A stretch of 50,622 nucleotides of DNA, filler included, from Dimargaris cristalligena (Eukaryota), in NCBI GenBank assembly GCA_003614675.1. It is 2 parts of 2 records of this genome, joined end to end, with 100 filler letters (N's around TTAATTAATTAA, not from the genome) between each part and the next. Parts side by side here need not be neighbours in the genome. Positions count along the whole stretch, not along the records: positions 1 to 25,289 come from ML002566.1; 1 more part is not named here. One strand, 5' to 3'. The translations under genes were made by a program, and so were the position numbers. Positions 1 through 13,100 of this stretch are shown in pieces. Numbering within the stretch: position 1 is the first letter of the stretch; the number at the start of each line of letters is the position of its first letter. A model generated the notes under the pieces. That model searched no databases, was not told where the DNA came from, and saw only the letters and a program-made list of their open reading frames with translations.

Positions 1-134
1 TAAGAAAAGAAAATATAATTTTGAAATAAGTGAAAAGTGAGGAGCAAAGGGTGGACATCCTGACTAAACTGCTCTCCCCTATCTCTTTTTCCCACTGCAT
101 CAGGCTTATTATGATGGCACCCAAGGCTCACTGA
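1..134 (+). mobile_element. Ty1/copia LTR retrotransposon, degenerate 3' end of pol (RNase H C-terminus)
   Basis: Frame 3 reads RKENIILK*VKSEEQRVDILTKLLSPISFSHCIRLIMMAPKAH*, matching the copia RNase H end motif (L.YV.T.EQ.ADILTKPL). It has an internal TAA at 27-29 and is followed by a PPT-like stretch and TGTTGG. Confidence 0.75.
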
Positions 135-140
135 GCAGAA

Positions 141-347
141 TGTTGGACTGCATCTCCCCCCCGAGTACCATTTACTGTATTGGGTATTTTGAGTGATCCT
201 ATTAGTTGAAACTACACCCAATAAATACCACTGTGATGAGCTTAATTCTCATCTTGCAGTTCTTTCTTACTTCTATCTATCTTACAATAAACTTCATCTT
301 TAGTCTATCTCAGATTATAATTAAGAGAATCTGTGGTTACTCCAATA
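141..347 (+). mobile_element. 3' LTR of the copia relic (~207 bp)
   Basis: Starts TGTTGGA directly after the pol end and ends TCCAATA (expected TCCAACA, one C->T). Contains AATAAA motifs. Confidence 0.65.
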
Positions 348-836
348 TGAATTACAATATAGTTATTATCCATTAGGTAATGTTTTGCGTAAAATGATAG
401 CTATTATTGGAATCCTACAATTTTCTTTAAGTATATTTTTAATGGGAGACTGTAGATATAGTCTCTATTGGCAGTTGACTCAGCTACCATATAGTATACA
501 AATAAACATCAGTATACCCAGTTCATTTATTTTGCAAACACTCCCCCGCCCACTGGTTTTTTTATTCTACAGTCTATTTTACCTTATACAGTTGGTCTGG
601 AGTTCTCTCTATTGTCAACACCCAAATATTGGACAACAACCGTAAACTACATACCATCAGGATTGGCTTGGTGATTAAAATATAAACAATATGAATATAG
701 TTATAGTGCCGAATTCTCTCAACAAAGAGAAATGGATCCTGGTTGAAGAAAATGGGAATAAGACTAAGTTGATAGTGTAAGTTTCCTAGTATGTATTGCC
801 CCCTGTCGCCCCTCCTAATCTGACCTAATCCGTCTG

Positions 837-1446
837 TATTATGATTGCCATCCTAACAGGCCATATAGCACCATATTGTACCCCCAGTCCTAATGGGCCG
901 GACATCATATATATCCTCTCCTAGGCCAGACCCTCCCGGAGTCCGCACTACTCACTCCTAGGTGATCTTAGTGTCTTCCAGTTCCCATGGAAGCCTCCAC
1001 ACCTACAAGGACCACCCGGCCCTCCCTATTATTATCTTAGTTATGTAGTTTCCCCTAGGGACCTCCCTGGGAGTAGTCCCCTGCGTATATATAACTGGGC
1101 CCCCCATGGGGACCGGTTAGGACCTCAGCTTATTCTTACCCCCCCTAGTTTACCCCCAATAAACTCTATATATGCTCACCCCCCTCGTACCGACTAGTAA
1201 GTGTGCATCAGTGCACATCCCCTGCATATGCATTGACACTCACTTTATTAGGTTAGTACAGCCCCACCTAATGCTAAGAGCCGCTTGGCCATGCCCACAC
1301 CCTGCCTACCATTAGAAGCCTATCCCCAAGACTCTTGATGGACTAAGAGTAGTTAACCTGGGTAATACCCCCCTCCTCTAAACTGGTCTCGCCTCTATTG
1401 ATACTTATTTGCATATATGAGTAGTATTGGAAACCAAATCATAACA
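837..1446 (+). mobile_element. Probable degenerate LTR (gypsy-like termini), ~610 bp
   Basis: TATTATGATT at 837 and AATCATAACA ending at 1446 are a 9/10 inverted match of TGTTATGATT. Internal TATATATAA (~1087) and AATAAA (1158-1163). No matching TSD seen. Confidence 0.45.
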
Positions 1447-3802
1447 AGCATTATCCTACTTTAATGGGTATTGTGGGTTACAGCCTGAGAGTAGCTGGCT
1501 TATTGCTTCAACTGGTACTCACACCAAGGGGGGGGGGCATACAGGGTCGTCGAATTCACGAATCCCATATCTTGAATACAGAATTTTCTTATTCGGATAT
1601 TAGAAGATAGTACCCATAGTTTCAGGTCGCCGATTAGTCTAACCGTATTGGTAACAGTGACAATAAATAAATATAAAAGAACTCACTAATCTCCCTACAT
1701 GTACCCGGCCAGACATCCCACCTCACCCCATCCTTTGAATCATGATGCTAACCTGATCACTGGGCTTGGTGTATCGTCAATCCATTCATTTCTTTTATTT
1801 TAATTTGACAGGCCTACACCCACGCATAAGCATTGCAAAGCCCATACATTCAGCATTTAAAACCAGAACCCCATTTATCACCTCAACATAATCCTCATCA
1901 TATGTGTTTATTGTCCTACCATCACACTACCACTAAACCTCAACTGCACCTTTGGCAATTGAAGCTTATTTATAGTTCAGTTTCATTTCTTAATAACAAA
2001 GCCGACAATGGCTTGCCGGCCTTTGCATCAACTACCAAGAGCAATGTAATGGGGAAATCCGTATGGGTATAACATCATCCCAATGCACCTCATTGATACC
2101 ATCAGGGGGGGGGTTATGGATTTACCCATTAGGTCGCTTTTCCTCTTTGGACCATCGCGTGAACTCCTACTACATCCCTTTAGAGCCGATCCAAGACCAG
2201 GGTGCACACAAGCAAAATCGACCTACGTTGTTGGCCTAGGTAGAAACGATGAACCTATCGAGTGAGGTGGGAGTGATTAGGAAGGGTTTTCCAAACACAT
2301 CGAAGGGGAAGAGCGAGAGAGGGAAGTGAAGAAATCAAGGTGTTACTCTGATGTATTCCATCCATCAACGGCAGTGAACATAGCCATTAGATTAATACTA
2401 TACTAACAGAACCTGCCTATATGGGGGACTTGGCTGGGTGGATAGATGGAATGGGATTTAAGCTCTCCCCCTTTCTCTTGATTTCCTTGTTGCCTGAGTA
2501 GATCTTTTTCGGCTTAAACCAGGGGGGCTAGTCCTAACATCTAGGCATTGTGATGACCAACTTCAATAATGTTGGCCCACTCCGACCGAGTAACGGATTC
2601 GCCAGAGAGACTGTATTAAAAGAAGCCAGTGTCATAGTGATGGACCCGAATGGTTTTTTATTGAAAAGCAGTAGGGAAATACCGATTAATACACTAATCG
2701 GTATTTCTTCTCTTTACCTCCCACTTACTCCGCCATTCAATGTACTACTTCCACAACGACATGTACTATACTTGGCTTCGGGCTCAAGAGGTCTTCTGAA
2801 TAAAGGGCACCCTGAATTTTATGGTGGAGTGTGGGGGGAAGGATTTGGTGATGAACAAACGGGCCTGACAATCCCCCCATTCTTCCTTACACTCATTATT
2901 CTACAACTATTTGTGATTAAACTGGCCGGAAATCTATAAAACTGGCACAGTTTACCAACTGTATAGTCATTGTCAGTGCCAACCAGGGATCCGGGATTTT
3001 ATCGGTGGGGTTGGGGCGAGCTGAAAAGTACACTTGATTCGGTAATGCAACGTATGAAGGGGGAGGGGGCAGTAAGGGGATGGAAGCTGCTTCTAGCCCA
3101 AAATATAAATGTAGTCCAAACCGCCAAAGAAAAAAAATCTGTGAGAGACAGGTAGATAGATTAATAGTGGTCATCTTACCCACATGCAGCCAATACAAAG
3201 TGGCTTAGGGCTGACCAATGGTCGCTTCAACACATCACTAAAGGTGCTGCCATGGTATTCTATAAACCTTTGGCCCAAAAGTAATTAGCTACCCCCGTAT
3301 TAGGCCGTGTATACTAAGTTTATGGAGTATTCGCCGCGATATTCGGAGTCAGGATGGTTGGTTTATTAGTGACTAATGTAGCCGCCAGTCCAATTTCCAC
3401 CCCCCTCCCTCCCCTCCCCGTATTCTAGATCCGTGTGCTTATCTATCCCTGTCTAACCCTAGCGGATCGCCCCCTGAGTTTGGGGGGTTAGGAAAGCAGG
3501 ATCTACCTAACGAATAAATAGAATCACCATCTCTCGTCGCCGACCATTAGATTCAATTCACCTACGATTTTGATAAATATAGTCAATATTATGAGATACC
3601 GCCGTTTGGGGCGCTAATAAAACCGCCTTTACCCCTCCTGTCCTTAGGCGCCATCAAACCTTGTGCTTTCTGCTTATCGTCTTGCTGATGTTTCCCCCAA
3701 CTACACGGTACTCCCCCTCCATCCTCTCCCTCCCCTTACACTTTCCCTCTATCCACCTGTGTAGTACCAGAGTACATTGTCGATTTATGGACAGGCGTGC
3801 GC

Positions 3803-3831
3803 GTGGATGTGGATGTGGATGTGGATGTGGA
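3803..3831. repeat. (GTGGAT)n hexamer microsatellite, ~5 units
   Basis: Directly visible tandem GTGGAT units. Confidence 0.9.
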
Positions 3832-3999
3832 GAAGAAAGTCATGGCAAGGGAAATTTATTTTTAAGTGGAGAGGGACCTGGGCCACTCAGTTTCATTTCC
3901 ACCATGTGCTCGGTCAGAAAACATGGCCACAGCGGTTACACCCCAGCTATCATTAAAGTAGCACGCACCGGGTGGATAAAGGGAAGTTGGAAAAAATAT

Positions 4000-4135
4000 G
4001 GGAGTAGTTTAACAAGGCTGTATAACAAAAAATCCATTTGCTGAGGCAAATACTACCAGTTTAAAATGAACATCCTGCTGATTTTCCCATACACATATCA
4101 GTTAAAACCTTATACAACCAAGCTGAACTTCACCC
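4000..4135 (+). mobile_element. MITE copy 1 (136 bp, TSD ATAT/ATAT)
   Basis: GGGAGTAGTTTAACAAGGCTGTATAA...TTATACAACCAAGCTGAACTTCACCC, imperfect ~26-bp TIRs. Homologous to 8 other copies in the window. Confidence 0.85.
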
Positions 4136-7100
4136 ATATGTAAAGAAATACCCTTGTACAGACACATGCTTAAAGCATTGCTCAATAGCGGCACCTATAT
4201 GTGCGGACACACGTTTCGTCCGTTAATTTCCCCTACTACACCCCATTACTTCCGTACTTACTCCCCCCTCCCCCTCCCCCATCCCTCACCGTTCACTGAC
4301 TAACACTTTCAGGTGACTCGTGGGGTATTGGCGATTCGGGCCCAAACATAAGTACAATCATATAATAGCCATTGGCTAATTCAAGGTGCCTATTTATCAG
4401 TCAAGATGACCTCTCTCTCCTATTAGACCCGACCCGATAGGTATATTGCTGTGATGTGTCAAAGACAATAGTCAATTTCTCCCTCCACTTTTAAACCGCC
4501 ACCACCAGTGGGACCAATGCTCCGTGCCACTGATACAGGAAGTTTGGGCTATTATTATTTAATTTGGCCCAGGGTGGGGGAAACCCGTACATCGCTTTAA
4601 GCGGTTGCCTAATGGGGGGTTTTGCTTTAAATGGTTAAATGAATGTAAACGACCACCACCTCTCATTAATCTCCAATCCGCTACCCCCGCACATACCGGC
4701 GAATTTCAATGGGAGACCCAACTCCATAATTTGGCCATAGTATTTCTTATATTCATTTATATAAATAAAATCAGTCATGCAATCAATTTTTATGTTAGTA
4801 CCAGTTGCCAACTTGGGCAGCCCACTCCCCTTCCCCCTATCCTACCCCGCACAGCCACCGGGTCTTGAAATTCGGTTATATATAAATATATACATATATT
4901 CCACTCGACATCACTTAGCCCTTAATTAGATAAGATTAGGCTCGGTTAAAATGGGCCCATCCTCGGGTGGGAAATCCGACTGGCATTGTGAACCCATTAT
5001 CCGTTACGGTCACGGTTGTTTTAGGGACCCCCCATGTAGGGCGGGAGGAGGGGTGGCGGAAAAGGCCAAAAGCAGTAATTACATTGGTAAAGTTGGTTCT
5101 CTACGAACAAGAGAAGGGAGGGGAAGGGAGGTGTTAGTGTCACGAATGGACAGAGTGTCTTCTGTGCTCGGGGCTCTCCGGCCATAATTTCTTAATGAGA
5201 AGGGGGTGATGTGTTGACCCTCTTTCATTACATTTCGGTTCAGTTCGGTTCTTTTTCTTCCCTTTCTTTTCTAGTGTTGGTTCATTTCAGCTAGCACTGT
5301 TGCTGCAGCTGCAACTTTATGTCGGAAAACCCGACTGCCACCAAATAAACACATTCAACAGTGCCTAGGGGCATGACTTTCAAGCATCCCGAAGGCCACT
5401 GAACGCTCTCCGGCTAGTCCATGTACGCACCGTACATATTTATTAGCATCGCACAACTCCATAAACCTAAAAATATTCAACTGTATTGGCAGTAGAGAGG
5501 GGGCAGTATAGTAGAAGTGGGTTATGCTTTTTGTTTGTCAACCTCTCCGGGGTTCCATTCTCTCAGTCGGGTCGCATTGTAAAAATCACTGGCACACGTA
5601 AAATAAAAGACAGTGAAGGTTTCATTTGGAATAACCGCCACGCCCCAAATGTTAGTACGGGTGGCAAAGTCGGTAGGGGGCGGAAATACTTGACTTGGTG
5701 ATATTGTTTGACTTGTAATGTGTTCGCTTGTGCTCTCCTAGAGGTGGTATTAGATTGTCAATTGAAATTAGTAGAATACATTCTTACCCAGACAGATACG
5801 CACGCCCTCACTCTCCGCCTCTCCCTCTGCCCTCTATTTTTCAATGTTTACTGTTAGCGAAGCACTGTAATGTGGGTAACAATGAGTCAGGGAGCAATCA
5901 GGACCAACCCACTAAAAAAAATTACATGGTCACTCTGGATGGTTTTTGCCTGATATAGTTGTTTTTCAGCAATGGGCCACTATTAAATGTTCATTGGCAC
6001 CATTCCCACCAGCGTTGTCATCCTATCTAGTGAATGAGCCTCTAAATCAAACCTCGAAACCATTCGATGACGGAGGCAATTTGGCTCCCAGATCCGCCCC
6101 CATATTCTCTATCGGCATTATAAATTGACGCCAATGGATCGACCTCCTTTTCCGCTTGTTTAAACCCTCATTTCGTCCTTATCGCAGTGTTTACTAAATT
6201 ATAAAGCCAGTGCATGACTCACCACCGCCTTCTGGACCACCCTCGGCCTATTTGGATTAGGGTGGATACAATTGGTAAATTAAACTGCTCGGGGATATTG
6301 ACAAAATGAGTTAGTCTCGAATAATTATCTAGAGCAATCAACTACTATGGATTCTTCTAACCGTGTTCATAAAGAATGGCCAGGATTTGCACCCCCCTCC
6401 CTAGAGGCATACTCTGAAATCTATCCCAGTCACACCCTTAAAGCGAGCAAACCCTGGTCTTTCCTTGTTGATTACCCGGAGTAACAGTGGGTAAGGGGGA
6501 GAATCGCTACATGGAAGTGTATTATTTTCGTCATCGATGTACATGGCCTATCAGTATGTTTGCATCGAGGGTTTTAATGAGCTGGGCACGAAAAGTGATT
6601 AATAAATACCGAGTCGTTTCAGGGTCGCTGATAATTATGGTTTACTGGGGGCCATTCTGGGCTTGCCCGAGGGCTCTCCAGCAATTTCTGTGACGGGGAA
6701 GATCATGTTTTCCCTTCTGTATCCATCACCTTCCCAATAGGCCTATCAGCAGTCTAGTCTAAAGATAGAGGAGGAGGTGGAGGTGAAGATTTGTATCACG
6801 AACGCTGTCGGCCAATAACCCCGAGCCAAGGCGTTCTGGGATAGGGATTCAGGGAACGTCACGAATCGGGTTAGAAAATAAGGAAGCTTTACTTCTTTGT
6901 ATTTTATAAGGCCGTCCGGAAGTGTTATGCTTATTATTTTACTCACCCCCTCTTCTCCTTCCTCCTTAATTAGACTGCGCATTCAAATGAAATAGCGTCA
7001 CAGGGGCCGGCTAAAAACAAGCTTGCTGCTGCATACGACTATTACCACGGGGTTTTGCCCAAAATGGGTGTGGGGTGCGTGTTCGACTTTCAATTTATAT

Positions 7101-10100
7101 ATATATATATAAGAAGGGGATCAACTCGGGCATTGGACGCCGCTGGATAAGCATGGGTGAAGACTGGGTTTAATTCGCCTGGTAACAACGAAGTTGCCCG
7201 CCATTGCGCTACCAATGGTGCGGTAATGAAATTGGGGGGTTGGGTTCCCCTTGACGGGATCCACGAATCATGTTATTGATCTAAAAAAAATCCGACCCAC
7301 TGTGATAGGTGGGTTGAGGAGAGGGGTTAGAGAGGAGCGACATATGAGTGGGCGGGAAGCTGGACTAATGGAATGTTTGGTAAGGAGGAAGGGACGGAGG
7401 GGGGAGAGGGCTACCTTCATAAACCGGAAGTGGAGTAGCCGAGTTGGGGGATGCAAAGACCAACCGCGGGATGTAGTAAAGGGATGAACCAGGCCAAAGA
7501 TGCCACTCCTCACATTCTCCTCTTCCCCCTTTCTTCCAAAGAATTGCAAGGCCAAATATAGATGACTGGAGGTGGAAAGTCAGCGAGATGTTTTTATTTT
7601 GTATAGGTCTAACGAGTGAATAGTGAGACCATATCTTTGGTAAGGACTTCTCAAGTCGGATTCGCCAACCACCACCAGCACCGGTATTTTATAATCGAAT
7701 AACAATACCACATTCTTATTTCGACTGGACAGTAGTAAAAAGGGGAGTGGAATAATCACTATGAGTCTGGGCCTATCCCCTCTACTCCGAGAGCCCGTGC
7801 CGGGAGGCCCGCCGTACGACCGCCCCTCTAAACTTACCCCGGAAACACATGACTGGAAAGTAAGAGGGAGGGAGGGGGATCGGACCAAACCAAGAATACT
7901 TTTGTGGCGGGGTGGCTCTTCAGTAAGGTAGGTATGGTGGTATACTGTAGACCCCGAAAGAATGAAGGCGGCGGGGGAGGCGGAAGTGGATGATGGATTT
8001 TTACATTGAACGTTGCCATTGGCAATAACACAAAAGCAATGGCAAAGTGGCCACAGTAAGAGGCCATTGAATGAGAATTAGGCGGAAGATGGGGTGGGGC
8101 GGGTAAATAGAGCACATGATGCCAACCAAAGGCCAAACAAGGGTGCTGATCCAGTCGTCAACAACGGGGATACCCACATCCTCTCTCACACCCTTTTACC
8201 AAACAGGCCCGGCTGGTAGTAGTGGTAGCCACGGATTGGTTACCGTTAAGGCACCTGGTCCGAAAGCCTAGCGAACCAGTCATAGCGGCGAGCCAAGGGC
8301 TGGGTAAATTGATCAGTAGGATTCCCCCTCCCCATTACATCGCTCTCTGGGGTTAGGACTATGGGTAGTTGAGCGGACTGTGGGGGGTAGGAGAAAAGTG
8401 GAGAGGAGAAGTGGTTAAGTAAGATGGGCCACTCTTTTATTTGGGTGTTGACAAATGAATAGGTGAGAAGAAAGCCGAAGGGGAGAAAGAGGAGCCACAG
8501 CGGCGTGGACAAAGTAGCCATGTCGAAATAATACTGGTGGGTGTGGATGTATAAGGGGGGAAAGCGGTGTGACGCCTAACAAGTCTATCAAAAGTAATAG
8601 GTGTCACCGAAGGGCTACATGGCGAATGCCCCCTACGGTTTATGGTCAACGGAGCCGGTCCGCGGCCCTCTTTAGGAGGTTACGAGATTGGCCCGACCTT
8701 TCACTAACACGGACCGGGAGGCAGGACTAACCACCCATCTGGCTATTTAGTGACCCAACGCTGGAAAGAATGGGGGGGTATTCATTCAGATTGCTGGATA
8801 TTCTTATTGCAAAAGCCGGACTGCAATGGCCGCAAGTACTGCAACGACCCTGCAGCACCCTGTTTTCATTATAGGCGTACTATTGTTCCAAGGCGGATTT
8901 TTTTCTTGGTCGAGTGATGACGCTGCCTCTTTTTCAGTGAAGACCGGCTGCAGCGGTTGTAAGAGGTTTAGGAGGGCAGGTGGTAATGGGCGGTTATATT
9001 CTATTACAGCGATGCCATTATCACCATCACCAGCATTATCATGGCCGGGGTGAGATGCCGCCCACTAGTAGTAGTAGTAGTGGTGGTAGTGGCACATGGA
9101 AGAAGACCCAAGCAATAATGAAGAGGGAATTCAGGTCAGCTAGGATCGTCGGCGCAGCGGGGGAGGGGACTATTTACCAAGGGCGGGGATTCTGGTTTGC
9201 TACCCAAGAGTGGTTGTTGGTATGAGGGGTGGGCCGCCAATAAAGTGAACGACTTCGTTTGGGACGAGTCGAGGGGGGTACTACGTTTGAAGGGGCGGCA
9301 GTAGTTAGTATATGGCGTCAGAGGTACACCACCAGCGACTGGGATACAAGTGGGTGGCCTGTCCATTCCATTAATGGGCTATCTAACGGACCTATTCAAG
9401 GCCCGCGAGCAGAACAAGTCGAGGAGTACCGAAGCGTAGGGTAGGGTATAGTTGGTATATATCTATCTAGCAATGGACTGAAGGCGGAGGGGTGGTGTGC
9501 CGAAGCACGGCAATATCCATCTAGCACTCCCCCCCTTTAGCAAAAGGAAAGAGAGGGAAGGGGGGAGATCCATAGTGGTTGGAGGCTGGCCAATGGGGAA
9601 ACGGGAGAAATGGGGTTTAATTGGCCGCGGCTTTGGTTAGGGTTACTTAGAAATAGCGGTTACTACTGATTCTCTTATATTACAATAGTACAGGGAAGGA
9701 GGGTATATATGCTGGGGTGGTATGGAGGAGGACGAGGCCTCTCCGCCTGGCGTTTCGTTTCCTTCTCTCCTCCTATTCTGCCCATCTCTTCTAACCTACT
9801 CGCAGTATATATGCCATAGCCGGGCTCATCTCAATCTCCTTTTCCCTATTACCAAGTCCTCTCCGATTGCGGCCAAGTTTGGCTTGAACCCTTCTTTCTT
9901 CCCCTTAAAACCTCGAGCATAGCCGTAGCCTATCTACTATATGTTCTTCCCCTTAACCCCGCACGCATACAAACAACACTAGCCCGCTCTCTTTTATTCT
10001 CTCGCCCCTTTCCGAACCCTTTCTTCTCCCTCTCTCTCTGTCTCTCTATATATATTTCTTGTCACTTATTGAACTTCCACTTTGGCTTCTTCCCCTGACC

Positions 10101-10169
10101 CCCTCCCCGTACGCTGTCCTACTTTTGTACCGGCTCCCCCCCTCCCGCTGCTATACCTCGACACCGACT

Positions 10170-13100
10170 ATGGGTCATCTCGACGCGGGCTATTCCGGTG
10201 ACTTGGCCGCTGCATTCGAGTCCCCCGACCTGGACGGGTCGGATGCTGCTGGGTCCACAGCACAGGTAAAGAAGCGTCGCATGACTCTCCCCACTCTGGA
10301 GCCCGTCTCGGCCGCCGACGGCTCGTCCACTCCACACACCGCTCTGGCCACCCCCACGCCCGGCGACACGCCCTTTGGTTTGGCCACCTGGCCCGAGCAG
10401 GGCATTCCGCATTCCTCGGCTGCTGCTTATCAAGACCCCCACCACATTGCTACTACCACTGCGGAGGAGTTAATCCACCAACACCACCATCTCCACCACC
10501 ACCACCACCACCACCAACAGCAACAGCAACAACAACAACAGCAGCACAACTTCTACGCCTGGACCCAACAAGATCCCTCTCTATTTCTTCAATCTCAGAA
10601 CCCTTTTAACCTGGTCTCCCAGTCCTCGGCTGACTTGAGCTCATCCAACCACTCTGATGCCACCCTACAGGATAACAGTTACAACAACGGTGCTATGAAC
10701 CAAGGATTTCCCCCCCATTCTTTCCCGAATAACCCCCATTCGCATACTAGCAATCATCATCAACCACAGCAGCATCTCTCTCACCAACACAGCCATAACC
10801 ACCATAATCCCGCCCTCGGCCACCCGGGCATGTCCGTCAATTCGGCTTATTTCATCAAGGAGGAACCCGAGACTGTGGACCCCGCTACCACCACCAGCAG
10901 TAGCAACACCACCCCGTCCACCATGGGTACCTTCGATAACTCCATCGAAGGCCTCACCTTTTCCCCGGGTAGCGATGTTCCTCGGCCTCTGCCCCCGCGG
11001 GTGAGCCGCGTCCTCAGCCACCGTTCCCCTATGCGGGGCAATCGCTTCTCCTCCAAGAAACCCCGGTCGCTGAGTCTGGCCTTCGATAAGTCCCTGGCTG
11101 CTGCCGCTGAAGGCAATATCGACCCCAACGCGACCCACTCCCCCGGCCCCATCACCCCCGCTATGTTTTCGCCCAGCTTTGTGGAGGCCCTTAATACCCC
11201 GACGGGCCATGAATCCCCAATGTTTTTCCATTTTTCGTCGCCCGGGGTGGAGCCCAGTCAGCTCATTCACAATAATGTGGACATGGGGTTCCCCCTGGGT
11301 GATGGTTTGCACAGTCCCGCCCACATGAATACAACCTTCGCCCAGGCCCTTGACTCCGCAGCCGGAGTCACCATGGACCCGTCTTCACTGGCCCTGGCCC
11401 ACAATGGCGGTCTTTCCATGGGTATGCCTTTCAGTGCCCTCCATTCCCCGCTACGCTCGCGCGTTAACAGCCTGACCCCCTTCCCGCCCAACCCCAGCAC
11501 TCCGCTCTCCCCTCATACCCCCATGGGCGACAACTCCATGGCCACCAGCCTCATGTCCATGGCCATGATGAATGGCATGGCCGGCTACAACCACCCCCAA
11601 GTGTCCGTTACCGCTGCGCCCCCATCCAACCCGATCCCTACCTCTAACGCCGCCGGCGGTCACCACCTTGTTGCCCTGAACAAGGACTTCGGCGTTGCTC
11701 CCTCGGCCCTAGGACTGGGCGGGGTATACCGCCCCGACGACGAGGAGAAATGCATCATTATCATGACCCCCAAGGTGGCGCAGAAGTCCTACGGTAGTGA
11801 GAAGCGGTTCCTCTGCCCTCCCCCGACCGTCCTACTCTTGTCCTCCAACTGGTATATCCCACCCTATCAAATTAGCCCCAACACCGCTTACCGTGAACTA
11901 CTGAACCTGGCCGGGCCCAAGATCTCCGTAGGCATCCCGAACGAAACGAGCAGTCAACCCGCCCAGTTCGAATGGGTGGGCAATGGCCTCAAGTCCGCCC
12001 CGGCTAATATCGACCCGGCCGCCGATAACACCATCACCGGCCGCTGCGTTTCCAAGAATCTGTTCATTAACGAGGCCGATGAGAAACGCAAGAAGGTCGA
12101 TGTCCATGTGCGCCTGCAAACCCCCACGGGCGAGAACATTGGTATGTTCCAGTCCAAACCCATCAAGGTCATCTCGAAACCCTCCAAGAAGCGCCAATCG
12201 CTCAAGAACATCGAGCTCTGTATCCACCATGGTACCACCGTTTCCTTATTTAATCGCCTGCGCTCCCAAACCGTTTCGACCAAGTATCTGGGGGCCTCTA
12301 ATTCTATTGCATCGGGTGGCCCACGGCCCGACTGGTCGAAACAGCCCCAGAGCGCCTCGGGTGGCAGCGAAAATACCTTCTTCGTCGCCCGGACTAACAA
12401 TTGGGATCCCTTCGCCATTTGGATTGCCAACCCACACCAGGCCATGGTCGAAGCGGATAACTACCAATCCCACCCACCCATGCCAGGTTACCCGCCCATC
12501 CCGGCCATCGCTGTCCAACCCCGGATGGCTTCCGATTTCTCAGGCGCTGGCGAATCCGGCTCCGGAAATAATGGCACCATGGTGGCGCCGTCTAGCGGCA
12601 CCGACCCCAACACGGGCCTGGCGGTGACCAACTCCTCGTCCGGGGGCCCCATTCCCATTCATTACAACCAACATGTGGTGCTACAGTGCCTGTCCACGGG
12701 CATGGTCAGTCCCGTCATGATCATCCGGAAGGTCGAAAAGGGTAGCCTAGCCACGGGAGGAGTGTACTCTAGCGACCCCGGTCGGGAGGTAATGGGCGAT
12801 CCCGTATCGCAGTTACACAAGGTGGCCTTTGAAATCCATACCCCTCACGTGGAACCGGGCACCACCTACCCCAACGGAGATAAGGGCCAGTACTTGGCCT
12901 GTCTAAGCGAAGTGGTAGGAACCCAGTTGGGCAGTGGCGGTAAGAAGCCTTCATCGCACCTTGCGACCCCCCCTAATTCGACCGACGGTGAGATTTCCCC
13001 AACCACGCCTAAACACAACATGGGTCCGCCTCACCATCTCATGGATGCTCATGCCGCGGCGGTAGCGGCCGGCAATGTCCCCCCCCACCCCCATGCGCAT

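Noticed and set aside
1447..1537. Tf1-type self-priming PBS and PPT after the second LTR
   Set aside because: Only a 7-nt complement (AGCATTA/TAATGCT), not at the expected transcript start, and no gag/pol follows.
2550..3155. 129-aa and 61-aa in-frame ORFs as a gene
   Set aside because: No motif, no coding-like codon bias, and they are separated by stops. They could be a relic but are unsupported.
4967..6009. CSL-binding GTGGGAA/TTCCCAC sites upstream of the CSL gene (autoregulation)
   Set aside because: Only two seen in this interval and about six in the whole window, roughly chance expectation for a 7-mer on both strands.
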